A DNA stretch of 64,000 nt from Brevundimonas sp. UBA7534 (GTDB taxonomy: Bacteria > Pseudomonadota > Alphaproteobacteria > Caulobacterales > Caulobacteraceae): the NCBI RefSeq assembly GCF_002479325.1, contig NZ_DLMO01000101.1:2414-66413 (forward strand). Direction: 5' to 3'. Positions 52,949-61,973 of the stretch are shown one piece after another (position 1 is the first letter of the stretch; each line of letters starts with the position of its first letter). The translations under genes and the position numbers were made by a program. Under the pieces are notes generated by a model. The model searched no databases. It saw only the letters and a list, made by a program, of their open reading frames with translations, and was not told the origin of the DNA.

Positions 52949-54448
52949 ATGGGCCGCGTCCTGATCCTGAATCCCGCCGACGATGTCGCCATCGCGCTGG
53001 ACGACATCGCCGCCGGCGAGACGCCAGAGGGCCTTGAGGCCGCCGCCCGCGCCGACGTCCCGACTGGCCACAAGGTCGCGCGCCGCGGGGTGGCGCAGGG
53101 CGGGCTGGTCCGCCGCTACGGCCAGGTGATCGGTCGGGCCAGCCGGGCCATCGCCCCCGGCGACCATGTCCATGTCCACAACCTGACGGTCACCGAGGAC
53201 GGACGCGAGGCCGAAGTGGGCGTGGATGCGACGCCGCCCGCGCCGCTGTCGGGCGCGACCTTCCAGGGCGTCGTGCGGCCCGACGGCCGGGTCGGCACCC
53301 GCAACTACATCGGCGTCCTGACCAGCGTGAATTGTTCGGCGACGGTGGCGCGGCGCATCGCCGACGCCTTTCCCGACGCCAGCCTGCCCCCGGGCGTGGA
53401 CGGGGTCGTGGCCTTCACCCACCAGGGCGGCTGCGGCGGCTCTTCCCTGTCCAGCGACGTGACCCTGCTGCAGCGGACCCTGGCGGGATACGCCCGGCAT
53501 CCGAACTTCCATTCCATCCTGATCGTCGGCCTGGGCTGCGAGGCGAACCAGATTCCGAACTGGCTGGCCAATGGGGGCCTCCAGGCCGGCTCAACGCTGC
53601 GCACCCTGACCATCCAGGAGGCGGGCGGCACGGCCCGCGCCATCGAGGCGGGGACCGCCATCGTGCGCGAGTTGGTCGAGGCCGCCGCGACGGTCCGGCG
53701 CCAGACCGTGTCGGCGTCGCATCTGGTGGTCGGCCTGCAATGCGGCGGCTCGGACGGCTGGTCCGGTGTGACGGCCAACCCCGCCTTGGGCGCGGCGGTG
53801 GATCGTCTGGTGGCGCAGGGCGGTTCGGCCATGCTGTCCGAGACGCCCGAAATCTGGGGCGCCGAGCACCTGCTGCTGCGCCGCGCGGCCTCGAAGGATG
53901 TGGCGGACAAGCTGAGGGCTCGCCTCGCCTGGTGGCGCGACTACGCCGATCGTCACCAGATGGAGCTGAACAACAATCCGTCGCCGGGCAATCTGAAGGG
54001 CGGGCTGACCACCATCCTGGAGAAGTCGCTGGGCGCGGTGGCCAAGTCGGGCTCCACGCCGCTGAACGACGTGATCGGCTACGCCGAGCCGCTGAGGGCC
54101 GCCGGGCTCAGCTTCATGGACAGCCCCGGCTACGACCCCTGTTCGGCTACGGGCCAGATCGCCTCGGGCGCCAATCTGATCGTCTTCACCACGGGCCGGG
54201 GCTCGGTCTTCGGCGCCAAGCCCGCCCCGTCGATCAAGGTCGCCTCGAACGCCCGGCTGGCGAACTGGATGGACGAGGACATGGACGTGGACGCCTCTCC
54301 GGTCCTGAGCGGAACCAGCCTTGAGGCGGTGGGTCAGAACATCTTTGACCGGATGCTCGCCGTGGCCTCGGGCGAGCCGTCCAAGTCCGAGGCGCTGGGC
54401 ATCGGGGACAACGAATTCGTTCCGTGGCAGGTCGGCGCCTACCTTTGA
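52949..54448 (+). CDS. uxaA: Altronate dehydratase (UxaA family)
   Basis: SAF domain GHKVA..YGQVIG, GTRNY, GLGCE, QCGGSD, NNPSPGN.KGGLTTILEKSLG, FTTGRGS. Confidence 0.9.
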   Translation: MGRVLILNPADDVAIALDDIAAGETPEGLEAAARADVPTGHKVARRGVAQGGLVRRYGQVIGRASRAIAPGDHVHVHNLTVTEDGREAEVGVDATPPAPLSGATFQGVVRPDGRVGTRNYIGVLTSVNCSATVARRIADAFPDASLPPGVDGVVAFTHQGGCGGSSLSSDVTLLQRTLAGYARHPNFHSILIVGLGCEANQIPNWLANGGLQAGSTLRTLTIQEAGGTARAIEAGTAIVRELVEAAATVRRQTVSASHLVVGLQCGGSDGWSGVTANPALGAAVDRLVAQGGSAMLSETPEIWGAEHLLLRRAASKDVADKLRARLAWWRDYADRHQMELNNNPSPGNLKGGLTTILEKSLGAVAKSGSTPLNDVIGYAEPLRAAGLSFMDSPGYDPCSATGQIASGANLIVFTTGRGSVFGAKPAPSIKVASNARLANWMDEDMDVDASPVLSGTSLEAVGQNIFDRMLAVASGEPSKSEALGIGDNEFVPWQVGAYL

Positions 54449-54490
54449 GCCGGCAGGGGCCGCCGCGGCGACGCGACGACCCCTTGTCGA

Positions 54491-56137
54491 TCAGGCCGTC
54501 AGCGCTTCGATCAGATCGCCCATGTTGCGGATGAAGACCGAGGTGGAGACGCCCTCCACCGGGAAGTCCGTATGATAGGGCGAGGTGTCCCAGAGGTCGC
54601 CGACCCGGGTCATCTGGTATTCGCCGCCCGTCACCTCCACGGGCGAGTCGCCGCGATAGGGGTTGGAGGTGGTCGTCAGGGGCGTCGGCCAATAGCCGCG
54701 CGCGTTCAGCCCGGCCAGGATTTCGGCCGTCCGGCCCGGCGCAGGCCGGCTCAGGCGGCGCGCGTGGGTCGACATGTCCCACACGTCCACATCCTGCAGC
54801 GTGAAGTATTTCGGCAGTTCCAGGGACCCCGGCCGCGCCGTCAGCGGCGACCCGCGCGTGACCTCCTCGGCCGGCAGGGCCGACAGCCGTTCATACTCTG
54901 CGCGCAGCGCGGGCGTGTCCACGTTCCGGAACGAGCCGTAGTGGACGATCAGGTTCGTCGGATCGGCGTCGGCGTAATAGTGGCCGTTGGCGATGTTGGA
55001 GCCCCGGCGGTGGATGTAGACCGGGGTGTTGGCGCCCTCGAGGATGAAGGTCGGATGCGTCCGGCCCGGTGCGCGGAGTTCCGGCGGCGCGGCGACCTGG
55101 TCCAGCCAGTCCATGGCTTCCGGCAGGCGGGCCATGAACTTCCGGTCGCCGGTCAGCCGATAGAAGCCCATCATCGAGCGGATGTTGGTGCCCGTCGCAT
55201 GGGTGACGAAGGCCTGCGGCTCGATGGTCCGGGCCCCGGCCGGCTTCAGGGTGTCGGGGAAGTGTTGCAGGCCCCAGGCCGGCTGCGGCTGGGGCTGCTG
55301 GGTCTTCACGAAGATGTCCATGCCCCGGTTGATGGCGTCCAGTATGCGCGCATCGCCCCGGCCGTTCCGCGCCAAGCCGTGATAGGCGTAGATCAGGAAC
55401 TCCAGATTCTCGCCGGCCACATCGTCGTTGAAGGTGATGTAGGGGGTGTAGTCCTCGTGCCCGTGCAGGCCGCCGCCCTGGACCAACGGATAGCGCTGGG
55501 GCCAGCCGCCGTTCGGATACTGGCTGTCCAGAACGAAGGCGATCGCCTTGTTCAGCGGCTCCAGATACTTGCGGTCGCGCTTCTCCAGGTAGATGCGCAG
55601 CATCAGTTGCGACGCCTCGGCCGTGCCGGCGTCGTCGAAGGTGGCGTTGCCGTAGTAGCGCTGGAATTCCTCCAGCCGCCAGGCGTTCTTGCCGACCGTG
55701 TCGTACCAGCGCCTCAGCGAGTCCTCGCCCGCCGTGTCGATCACATAGTTCCAGCCGCCCGCCGGGTGCTGGCCTCGCACCAGGGCGTCGGCGGTCGACT
55801 TGGCGGCCTCGTAATAGAATTCGTCGCCGGTGGCGTGATAGGCGTCCAGGAACAGGTGACCGACCGTCGCCGTGCCCGGCGGCTGGACCCAGATCATCGT
55901 CGGATTGGCCTCCAGTTCGCCCCAGCGACGGGAGAAGTCCGGCAGATACTGCCAGACATAGCCGCCGCCCACCGCCGCTTCCTCGCTCATGAACCGCGCC
56001 GCGCGTTTCATCGCGTCCAAGATGGCGGCGCGACCGGGAGAGGGCTGGGCCCCCGCAGGCAGCGCCGGGGCGGAAGCCGCGACGAAGGTGGCGGCGGCGC
56101 CGGCGGCCAGCAGGGCGCGGCGATTCATGGATGACAT
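54491..56137 (-). CDS. Pectate lyase, PL10 family (Tat-exported)
   Basis: MNRRALL Tat motif, ATFDD, QYPNGGWPQRYP, ITFNDD, KPAGARTIEP. Confidence 0.85.
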   Translation of the reverse strand: MSSMNRRALLAAGAAATFVAASAPALPAGAQPSPGRAAILDAMKRAARFMSEEAAVGGGYVWQYLPDFSRRWGELEANPTMIWVQPPGTATVGHLFLDAYHATGDEFYYEAAKSTADALVRGQHPAGGWNYVIDTAGEDSLRRWYDTVGKNAWRLEEFQRYYGNATFDDAGTAEASQLMLRIYLEKRDRKYLEPLNKAIAFVLDSQYPNGGWPQRYPLVQGGGLHGHEDYTPYITFNDDVAGENLEFLIYAYHGLARNGRGDARILDAINRGMDIFVKTQQPQPQPAWGLQHFPDTLKPAGARTIEPQAFVTHATGTNIRSMMGFYRLTGDRKFMARLPEAMDWLDQVAAPPELRAPGRTHPTFILEGANTPVYIHRRGSNIANGHYYADADPTNLIVHYGSFRNVDTPALRAEYERLSALPAEEVTRGSPLTARPGSLELPKYFTLQDVDVWDMSTHARRLSRPAPGRTAEILAGLNARGYWPTPLTTTSNPYRGDSPVEVTGGEYQMTRVGDLWDTSPYHTDFPVEGVSTSVFIRNMGDLIEALTA

Positions 56138-56208
56138 CGTCAGAACTCCCAGCGTTTCCTCACTCGACGGTTCTTCGCGACCGTTCGACGCAGGGATAGA
56201 AGCACGAC

Positions 56209-56222
56209 TGACACCGGTTTCC
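56209..56222. promoter_or_regulatory. HumR-type LacI operator upstream of the PL10 gene
   Basis: TGACACCGGTTTCC. Confidence 0.75.
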
Positions 56223-56286
56223 TAGTCCCGAGGCCAGCCCGTCCATCGTGCAGCGCGCATCAGGTGAAGACGTCTCTTCTTCGGAT

Positions 56287-57327
56287 CTAGCGGCGGATGT
56301 CGAAGCCGCCGTCGGTCATGGCGGCGCGCACCTGCGCCGCGGTGAACAGGCTGAAATCGCCGGGGACCGAATGCTTCAGCCCGGCCGCCGCCAGGCCGAA
56401 ATCCAGCGCCTGCTGATCGGACCATCCGCTCCACAGGCCGAACAGGACGCCGGATGCGAAGGCGTCGCCGCCGCCCACGCGGTCGACCACGCCGGCCATG
56501 TGGATCGCCTCGGCGTTCGTCTCGACGACGCCGTCTGCGCCGCGCGTCAGCATGACGGCCGACAGGGCCTGATCGGAGACGTTCTCCTGGACGCGAAGGG
56601 TGCAGGCGATGCGCTCCAGGCGCGGAAAGGCCGCGAACGCCGCCTCGGCGGCCTGTCGTCGGCGCACGGCGGGATCGGCGCTGTCGAACCGGGTCTTCAG
56701 CACCAGGGCGAAATCGCGGTCGTCCGCGAAGGCGACCGTGGCGCCCGACAGCATCTTGCCCAGAGTGGTCGGCGGATCGCCGTCCCACTGCTCCCACAGC
56801 TTGCCGCGGAAGTTGCCGTCGTAGGAGACCTTCACGCCTTTCTCGACCGCCGCTTCGATGATGGCGACCGCCGCCGACGAGCCGTTGGGTCCGGTCGCGG
56901 GGGTGACCCCGGAGGCGTGCAGCCATTCGACGCCGTCCAGCAGGGCGTCCCAGTCGAAGGCCGTGTGCACATGCTCGACGAAGGCCGAGCCGGCGCGGTC
57001 GTACAGCACCTCCGACGGCCGCCGCACGGCGCCGGGCGTCAGGAAGTACAGGCCCATGCGACCTGGTTTGAAGACGATGGGAGTCGTATCCACGCCGTGC
57101 TTGCGCACCTCGTCGCGCGCGGCATGACCCAATGTGTTGTCCGGCAGGACCGTCGCCATGCTGGTCGGCGCGCCGAAGCGGGCCAGGGACACGGCGACGT
57201 TCGCCTCCGCGCCGCCCGGGCGAACCGTCAGGGCGGGGGACTGCATCAGCAGCTCGTTGGCGTTCGGCGAGAACCGCAGCAGCATCTCGCCGAAGCACAG
57301 GATGCGGCCTGAAGAGGACTGGGACAT
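56287..57327 (-). CDS. kdgK: 2-keto-3-deoxygluconate kinase (PfkB family)
   Basis: FGEMLLRFSP, GGAEANVA, YDRAGSAF, DRVGGGDAFASG. Confidence 0.9.
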   Translation of the reverse strand: MSQSSSGRILCFGEMLLRFSPNANELLMQSPALTVRPGGAEANVAVSLARFGAPTSMATVLPDNTLGHAARDEVRKHGVDTTPIVFKPGRMGLYFLTPGAVRRPSEVLYDRAGSAFVEHVHTAFDWDALLDGVEWLHASGVTPATGPNGSSAAVAIIEAAVEKGVKVSYDGNFRGKLWEQWDGDPPTTLGKMLSGATVAFADDRDFALVLKTRFDSADPAVRRRQAAEAAFAAFPRLERIACTLRVQENVSDQALSAVMLTRGADGVVETNAEAIHMAGVVDRVGGGDAFASGVLFGLWSGWSDQQALDFGLAAAGLKHSVPGDFSLFTAAQVRAAMTDGGFDIRR

Positions 57328-57347
57328 GCGGGGAAGCTAGCGCGGGA

Positions 57348-58106
57348 TCAGCGCGCCAGCCAGCCGCCGTCGACCGGCACGATGGAGCCGTTCACATAGT
57401 CCGAGGCCCGGCTGGACAGGAAGACCGCGGCGCCGCCCAGGTCCGACGGATCGCCCCAGCGCCCCGCAGGGATGCGGCCCAGGATCTCGGCCGACCTGGC
57501 CGCGTCTTCGCGCAGTTGGGCGGTGTTGGCCGTGGCGAAATAGCCCGGCGCGATGGCGTTGGCGCAGATGCGGTGCTTGGCCCATTCGTTGGCCATCAGC
57601 TTGGTCAGGCCGGCGACCCCGCTCTTGGAGGCGGTATAGGACGGCACACGGATGCCGCCCTGGAAGGACAGCATGGAGGCGATGTTGATGATCTTGCCGC
57701 CGTCGCCCTGGGCGATCATCTGGCGCGCGACCGCCTGGCTCATGAAGAAGACGGTCTTCAGGTTGATGTTCATCACCAGGTCCCAGTCGGCTTCGGAGAA
57801 GTCGACGGCGTCGGCGCGGCGGATCAGGCCGGCGTTGTTGACCAGGATGTCCACGCGGCCGAACGCGTCCAGCGTCTCCTTCAGCACCCGCTCGACCGGC
57901 TCGATCGAGGTCAGGTCGGCGCTGATCCCGACGGCCTTGCGGCCCAGGCCCTGGACCTTCTCGACGGTCTCGTCGGAATCATGCAGCGCCACCGAGGCGA
58001 TGTCGGCGCCGGCTTCCGCCAGCGCCAGGGCGATGCCCTGACCGAGGCCGGTGTTGCCGCCGGTGACCAGCGCGACCTTGCCGGTCAGGTCAAACAGAGT
58101 GCTCAT
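57348..58106 (-). CDS. kduD: 2-dehydro-3-deoxy-D-gluconate 5-dehydrogenase
   Basis: TGGNTGLG, NNAGLIRR, SMLSFQGGIRVPSYTASKS, VDGGWLAR. Confidence 0.95.
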   Translation of the reverse strand: MSTLFDLTGKVALVTGGNTGLGQGIALALAEAGADIASVALHDSDETVEKVQGLGRKAVGISADLTSIEPVERVLKETLDAFGRVDILVNNAGLIRRADAVDFSEADWDLVMNINLKTVFFMSQAVARQMIAQGDGGKIINIASMLSFQGGIRVPSYTASKSGVAGLTKLMANEWAKHRICANAIAPGYFATANTAQLREDAARSAEILGRIPAGRWGDPSDLGGAAVFLSSRASDYVNGSIVPVDGGWLAR

Positions 58107-58130
58107 GTCGGTGTCTTTCTCTTGTCCGGG

Positions 58131-58988
58131 TTACTTCAACTGGCAGAGGTCGAGCTTGTGCATGTCGGTGTAGTCGAGATTCTCGCCGCCCATGCCCCAG
58201 ATGAAGGTGTAGTTCGAGGTGCCGGCGCCCATGTGGATCGACCACGGGGGGCAGATGACGGCCTCGCCGTCGGCGGCGATGATGTGGCGGGCCTTGTCCG
58301 GCTCGCCCATGAAATGGAAGACCCGGTCGTTCTCGCCCAGGCCGAAGTAGAGGTAGGCCTCCGAGCGCCGATCGTGGAGGTGCGGCGGCATGGTGTTCCA
58401 CACCGATCCGGGCTTCAGCACGGTCACGCCCAGCAGAAGTTGGCAGGACTTCACCTTGGCAGGCACGATGTATTGGTAGATGGTGCGCTCGTTCGACGTC
58501 TCCAGCGCGCCCATCTCCAGCGGCACGGCTTCGTCGATCGAGATTTTCGTCAGCTCGTAGCGCGCGTGGGCCGGGGTGGCGACCAGATAGAATTTCGCCG
58601 GATCGGCCGCGTCATCCGACGCGAAGACCACGTCGGCGGACCCCATCGGAACATAGAGACCGTCGCGAAATCCCAAGGGGATCGTTTCGCCGTCCACCCT
58701 CACCGAGCCGGCGCCGCCGGTATTGACGACGCCCAGTTCGCGCGCCTGCAGGAAGGGCTTGCCGGCCAATGATTCCGGCTCCGAATGGGTCGGAAGCACG
58801 AGGGTTTGGCCGACCGGCGTCGCGCCGCCGATGATCATCCGCTCATTATGCGAATAGTTCAGGCTGAGCTTTCCGGGCGCGAACAGGCCCTGGACCAGAT
58901 AGCGATCCCGCAACTGCTGGTTTGACGCCCCGTCCATCATGTCGGGGTGGGTGGCCTGATAGATTTTGTCGTACATGGGGTCGTACAT
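58131..58988 (-). CDS. kduI: 5-keto-4-deoxyuronate isomerase (cupin)
   Basis: [38 protein letters not shown]. Confidence 0.94.
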   Translation of the reverse strand: MYDPMYDKIYQATHPDMMDGASNQQLRDRYLVQGLFAPGKLSLNYSHNERMIIGGATPVGQTLVLPTHSEPESLAGKPFLQARELGVVNTGGAGSVRVDGETIPLGFRDGLYVPMGSADVVFASDDAADPAKFYLVATPAHARYELTKISIDEAVPLEMGALETSNERTIYQYIVPAKVKSCQLLLGVTVLKPGSVWNTMPPHLHDRRSEAYLYFGLGENDRVFHFMGEPDKARHIIAADGEAVICPPWSIHMGAGTSNYTFIWGMGGENLDYTDMHKLDLCQLK

Positions 58989-59058
58989 GCCGGTCTCCCT
59001 GAACGCCCGTTGCGCTGGCCGCCGTGACGGATCTTCGCGTCCGTCCTCGTGTGGACTA

Positions 59059-59072
59059 GGTAACCGGTGTCA
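59059..59072. promoter_or_regulatory. HumR-type LacI operator in the divergent kduI / dhuI-like promoter
   Basis: GGTAACCGGTGTCA (reverse complement TGACACCGGTTACC). Confidence 0.8.
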
Positions 59073-59144
59073 TACTATGATGCAATCACCCAGACCGTAA
59101 TTGCCGGCCGACGCCGGTTCGCGTCGCACCCTTCAGGAGTTCCC

Positions 59145-59792
59145 ATGAAGATCGCCCTCGTCATCGAAAACAGCCAGGCCGCCAAAAGCGAGACCGTCCA
59201 TTCCGCGCTGACCGCCGTCGCGGAGCCGCTGGGGCATCAGGTGTTCCACTACGGAATGTATGCGCCCGAGGACAAGGCGTCGCTGACCTATGTGATGAAC
59301 GGCGTGCTGACCGGCATTCTGCTGGGGTCGGGCGCGGCTGACTTCGTCGTCACGGGCTGCGGCACGGGGGTGGGGTCGATGCTGGCGTGCAACAGCATGC
59401 CCGGCGTGTTCTGCGCCCTGGTGATCGATCCGACCGACGCCTTCCTGTTCGGCCAGATCAACGACGGCAACGCCATCTCCATGCCCTACGCCAAGGGCTT
59501 CGGCTGGGCGGCGGAACTGAACCTTCAGGACTGCTACCGAAAGCTGTTCGACGGTGAGCGGGGCCTGGGCTATCCCAAGGAGCGCGCCGAGATCATGCGC
59601 AAGAACCGCGGCGTCCTCAGCGATCTGAAGGCCGCCACCAACAAGGACCTGCTGACGGCGCTGAAGGAGATGGACCAGGACCTGCTGAAGGCGGCGATCG
59701 CCGGCGAGCGGTTCTCGGAATACTTCTTCGCCAACGCCACGAACGAGGGCGTGCGCGACTATCTCAAGGGCGTCCTCGACAAGGCCGCCTGA
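59145..59792 (+). CDS. RpiB/LacAB-fold isomerase, DhuI-like (4-deoxy-L-threo-5-hexosulose-uronate isomerase)
   Basis: MKIALVIENSQAAK, YGM, LTYV, VTGCGTG, AKGFGWAAELNL, GYPKERA. AGGAG RBS. Confidence 0.82.
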   Translation: MKIALVIENSQAAKSETVHSALTAVAEPLGHQVFHYGMYAPEDKASLTYVMNGVLTGILLGSGAADFVVTGCGTGVGSMLACNSMPGVFCALVIDPTDAFLFGQINDGNAISMPYAKGFGWAAELNLQDCYRKLFDGERGLGYPKERAEIMRKNRGVLSDLKAATNKDLLTALKEMDQDLLKAAIAGERFSEYFFANATNEGVRDYLKGVLDKAA

Positions 59793-59846
59793 GAACTGAT
59801 GTCGGGCCGGCGCGCGGACCAGCGCGTCGGCCCGTATGGCCCTTGG

Positions 59847-60896
59847 TCAGATGGCGGGGATGGCCGAGCGGCGAACCACCAGGGCGGGGTGAACCTCAGG
59901 CTGTTCCAACTTGGCCGGATCGACGCCCCGCAGGGGGGCCAGCAGCTTCTCCGCCGCCATGCGGCCCATGTCGCGGATCGGCAGTCGCACCGATGTCAGG
60001 TTCGGCCAGACGCGGGCCGCCATCGGCAGGTCGTCGAAACCGACCACCGAGAGGTCGCGCGGCAGTTCCAGGTTCCGTTCGCGCGCCGCCTGCATCACGC
60101 CGATCGCCATGTCGTCGTTCAGGGTGAAGATGGCGCTGGGCGGTTGCGGCAGGGACAGGAGGTGATGGCCGGCCTCCACGCCCGACTCGAAGGTGTAGGC
60201 TCCGGTGACGTCGTATTGCGGATCCAGGGGAATGCCGCGTTCCGCCAGCGCCTCGCTGAAGCCGCGCCCGCGAACCTCTGAGGAGCGGAACAGGCCGGGA
60301 CCCCGCACCAGGGCGATGCGCCTGTGTCCCAGGTCCGCCAGATGACGCGCCGCCTCGGCTGCGCCCATCCAGTCATTGGTGATCACCATCGACTGGGGCT
60401 GATCCAGAGAGACCGAGGCGATCCGCACATAGGGGCAGTCCAGGTCTCGAAGGAGAGCGATCACCACCTCGTCCTCGGACATCGAGGGCGGCATGATCAC
60501 GCCGAAGAGGCGCTGCCGCTCGACGAAGCCGCGGATGTCTTCCAGCAGGGTTGGGGCGTTCCGGTTGCACGGGTGTACGACCAGTTCCAGGCCGGAGCCT
60601 TTCAAGGCGTCGAGAACGCCCTGCTGCATGTTCACGACATAGGTGGGACTGGGGTTGTCGTAGATCAGGCCGACCAGAAACGAGCGACGGAAGGCCAGGC
60701 CCCGCGCCTGGGGGTCGGGCGTGAAGCCCAGGTCGGCGATGACGGCCTCGACGCGCTTTCGCGTGTCCTCGCGCACGAAGGGCGACTTGTTGATGACACG
60801 TGAGACGGTCTTCTTGGAGACCTCCGCAACGCGCGCGACGTCGTTGATCGTTGCGCGCTTGACGGTCTTGGCGGGGCGCGGATCGTCCTGAGCCAA
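59847..60896 (-). CDS. LacI-family repressor (HumR-like hexuronate regulator)
   Basis: TINDVARVAEVSKKTVSRVIN, NDDMA, SVVGFDD, LTSVR. TTG start after GGAGGAG (alternative start 60929). Confidence 0.9.
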   Translation of the reverse strand: MAQDDPRPAKTVKRATINDVARVAEVSKKTVSRVINKSPFVREDTRKRVEAVIADLGFTPDPQARGLAFRRSFLVGLIYDNPSPTYVVNMQQGVLDALKGSGLELVVHPCNRNAPTLLEDIRGFVERQRLFGVIMPPSMSEDEVVIALLRDLDCPYVRIASVSLDQPQSMVITNDWMGAAEAARHLADLGHRRIALVRGPGLFRSSEVRGRGFSEALAERGIPLDPQYDVTGAYTFESGVEAGHHLLSLPQPPSAIFTLNDDMAIGVMQAARERNLELPRDLSVVGFDDLPMAARVWPNLTSVRLPIRDMGRMAAEKLLAPLRGVDPAKLEQPEVHPALVVRRSAIPAI

Positions 60897-60975
60897 GGGG
60901 CTCCTCCGTTGCAGTCTCAACCCTGCCATAGCCCCGACTCGCGTCTCGCGCCATAAGGCGGCGGCCAAAGCGGAT

Positions 60976-60989
60976 TGACACCGGTTTCC
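60976..60989. promoter_or_regulatory. HumR-type LacI operator between lacI and the hydratase-exuT operon
   Basis: TGACACCGGTTTCC. Confidence 0.78.
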
Positions 60990-61066
60990 ATCGTCGCTCT
61001 TATCGAAGCCTGTTCGTGAGGCGAATTCCCCTTGATCCTGATTTCACTTTCTTCGAGCGCGGCGCG

Positions 61067-61885
61067 ATGAGCCTGTCGTTCGCATCCGCCGAAAGCGACG
61101 CCGCCGAGATCGCGCGTCGGTTCGTGGCGGCGCGTCTGGCCGCAAGCGCGACACCGGACTACCCCGGCGCCGTGCCGACGACGATGGCCGAATCCTACGC
61201 GATCCAGAACGTCGCGATCGGCCTCTTTCCGGATCGCCTGGTCGGCTGGAAGGTCGGCGGCGTTGCGCCGGCGCTTCAGGCGAAGCTGGGCGTTCATCGC
61301 CTGGCGGGCGCCATCTTCGCGGGCAACACCCGCACAGCGTCAGGGGACACGGTCACGCCCCTGCCGGAAATCGAAGGCGGTTTCGCCGCCATCGAATCCG
61401 AATTCATCGCCCGCATCGGCGCGGACGTCGATCCTGCCAAGACGGAATGGACCCTGGAGGAGGCCGCCCAGGCCGTCGACAATATCTTCGTGGGCGTGGA
61501 ACTGGCGGGCAGCCCGCTGGCGACCATCAACGATCTGGGCCCCACCGTGGTCGCTTCCGATTTCGGCAACAATGGCGGCCTGGTCGTCGGACCGGAGGTC
61601 CAGGACTGGCGCGATCGCCTCGACGCCATCGAGGTGGAGACGATCATCAACGGCGTCAGCGTCGGCGTCGGCGGATCGGCGTCTCTTCAGGGCGGGGCGA
61701 TTGAATCGGTGCGTTTCCTGCTGGAGCATTGCGCCCGCTGGGGCCGCCCGCTGACGGCGGGAATGCTGATTTCGACCGGCGCCGTCACCGGCGTCCACCG
61801 GACCCATGCCGGGGACCAGGCCGTGTGCGTGTTCAAGGGAATCGCGGAACTCAAATGCTCGGTCGTCAGGGCCGAGGCGAAGTAA
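61067..61885 (+). CDS. 2-keto-4-pentenoate hydratase-like (FAH superfamily) protein
   Basis: SYAIQ, GWKVG, IESEF, VELAGS, SDFGNN, ISTGAVTG. Confidence 0.8.
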   Translation: MSLSFASAESDAAEIARRFVAARLAASATPDYPGAVPTTMAESYAIQNVAIGLFPDRLVGWKVGGVAPALQAKLGVHRLAGAIFAGNTRTASGDTVTPLPEIEGGFAAIESEFIARIGADVDPAKTEWTLEEAAQAVDNIFVGVELAGSPLATINDLGPTVVASDFGNNGGLVVGPEVQDWRDRLDAIEVETIINGVSVGVGGSASLQGGAIESVRFLLEHCARWGRPLTAGMLISTGAVTGVHRTHAGDQAVCVFKGIAELKCSVVRAEAK

Positions 61886-61973
61886 ACCATCACCGGGCGC
61901 CAACCCGTCCGCCGTCAGGGCGGTCCACAAGGACGGGACGTGTCGAGAGGAAACAGGAACGGGTATCGGAACC

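Noticed and set aside
58968..58988. Duplicated ATGTACGAC (MYDPMYD) at the kduI start
   Set aside because: A short in-frame duplication that affects only start-codon choice.
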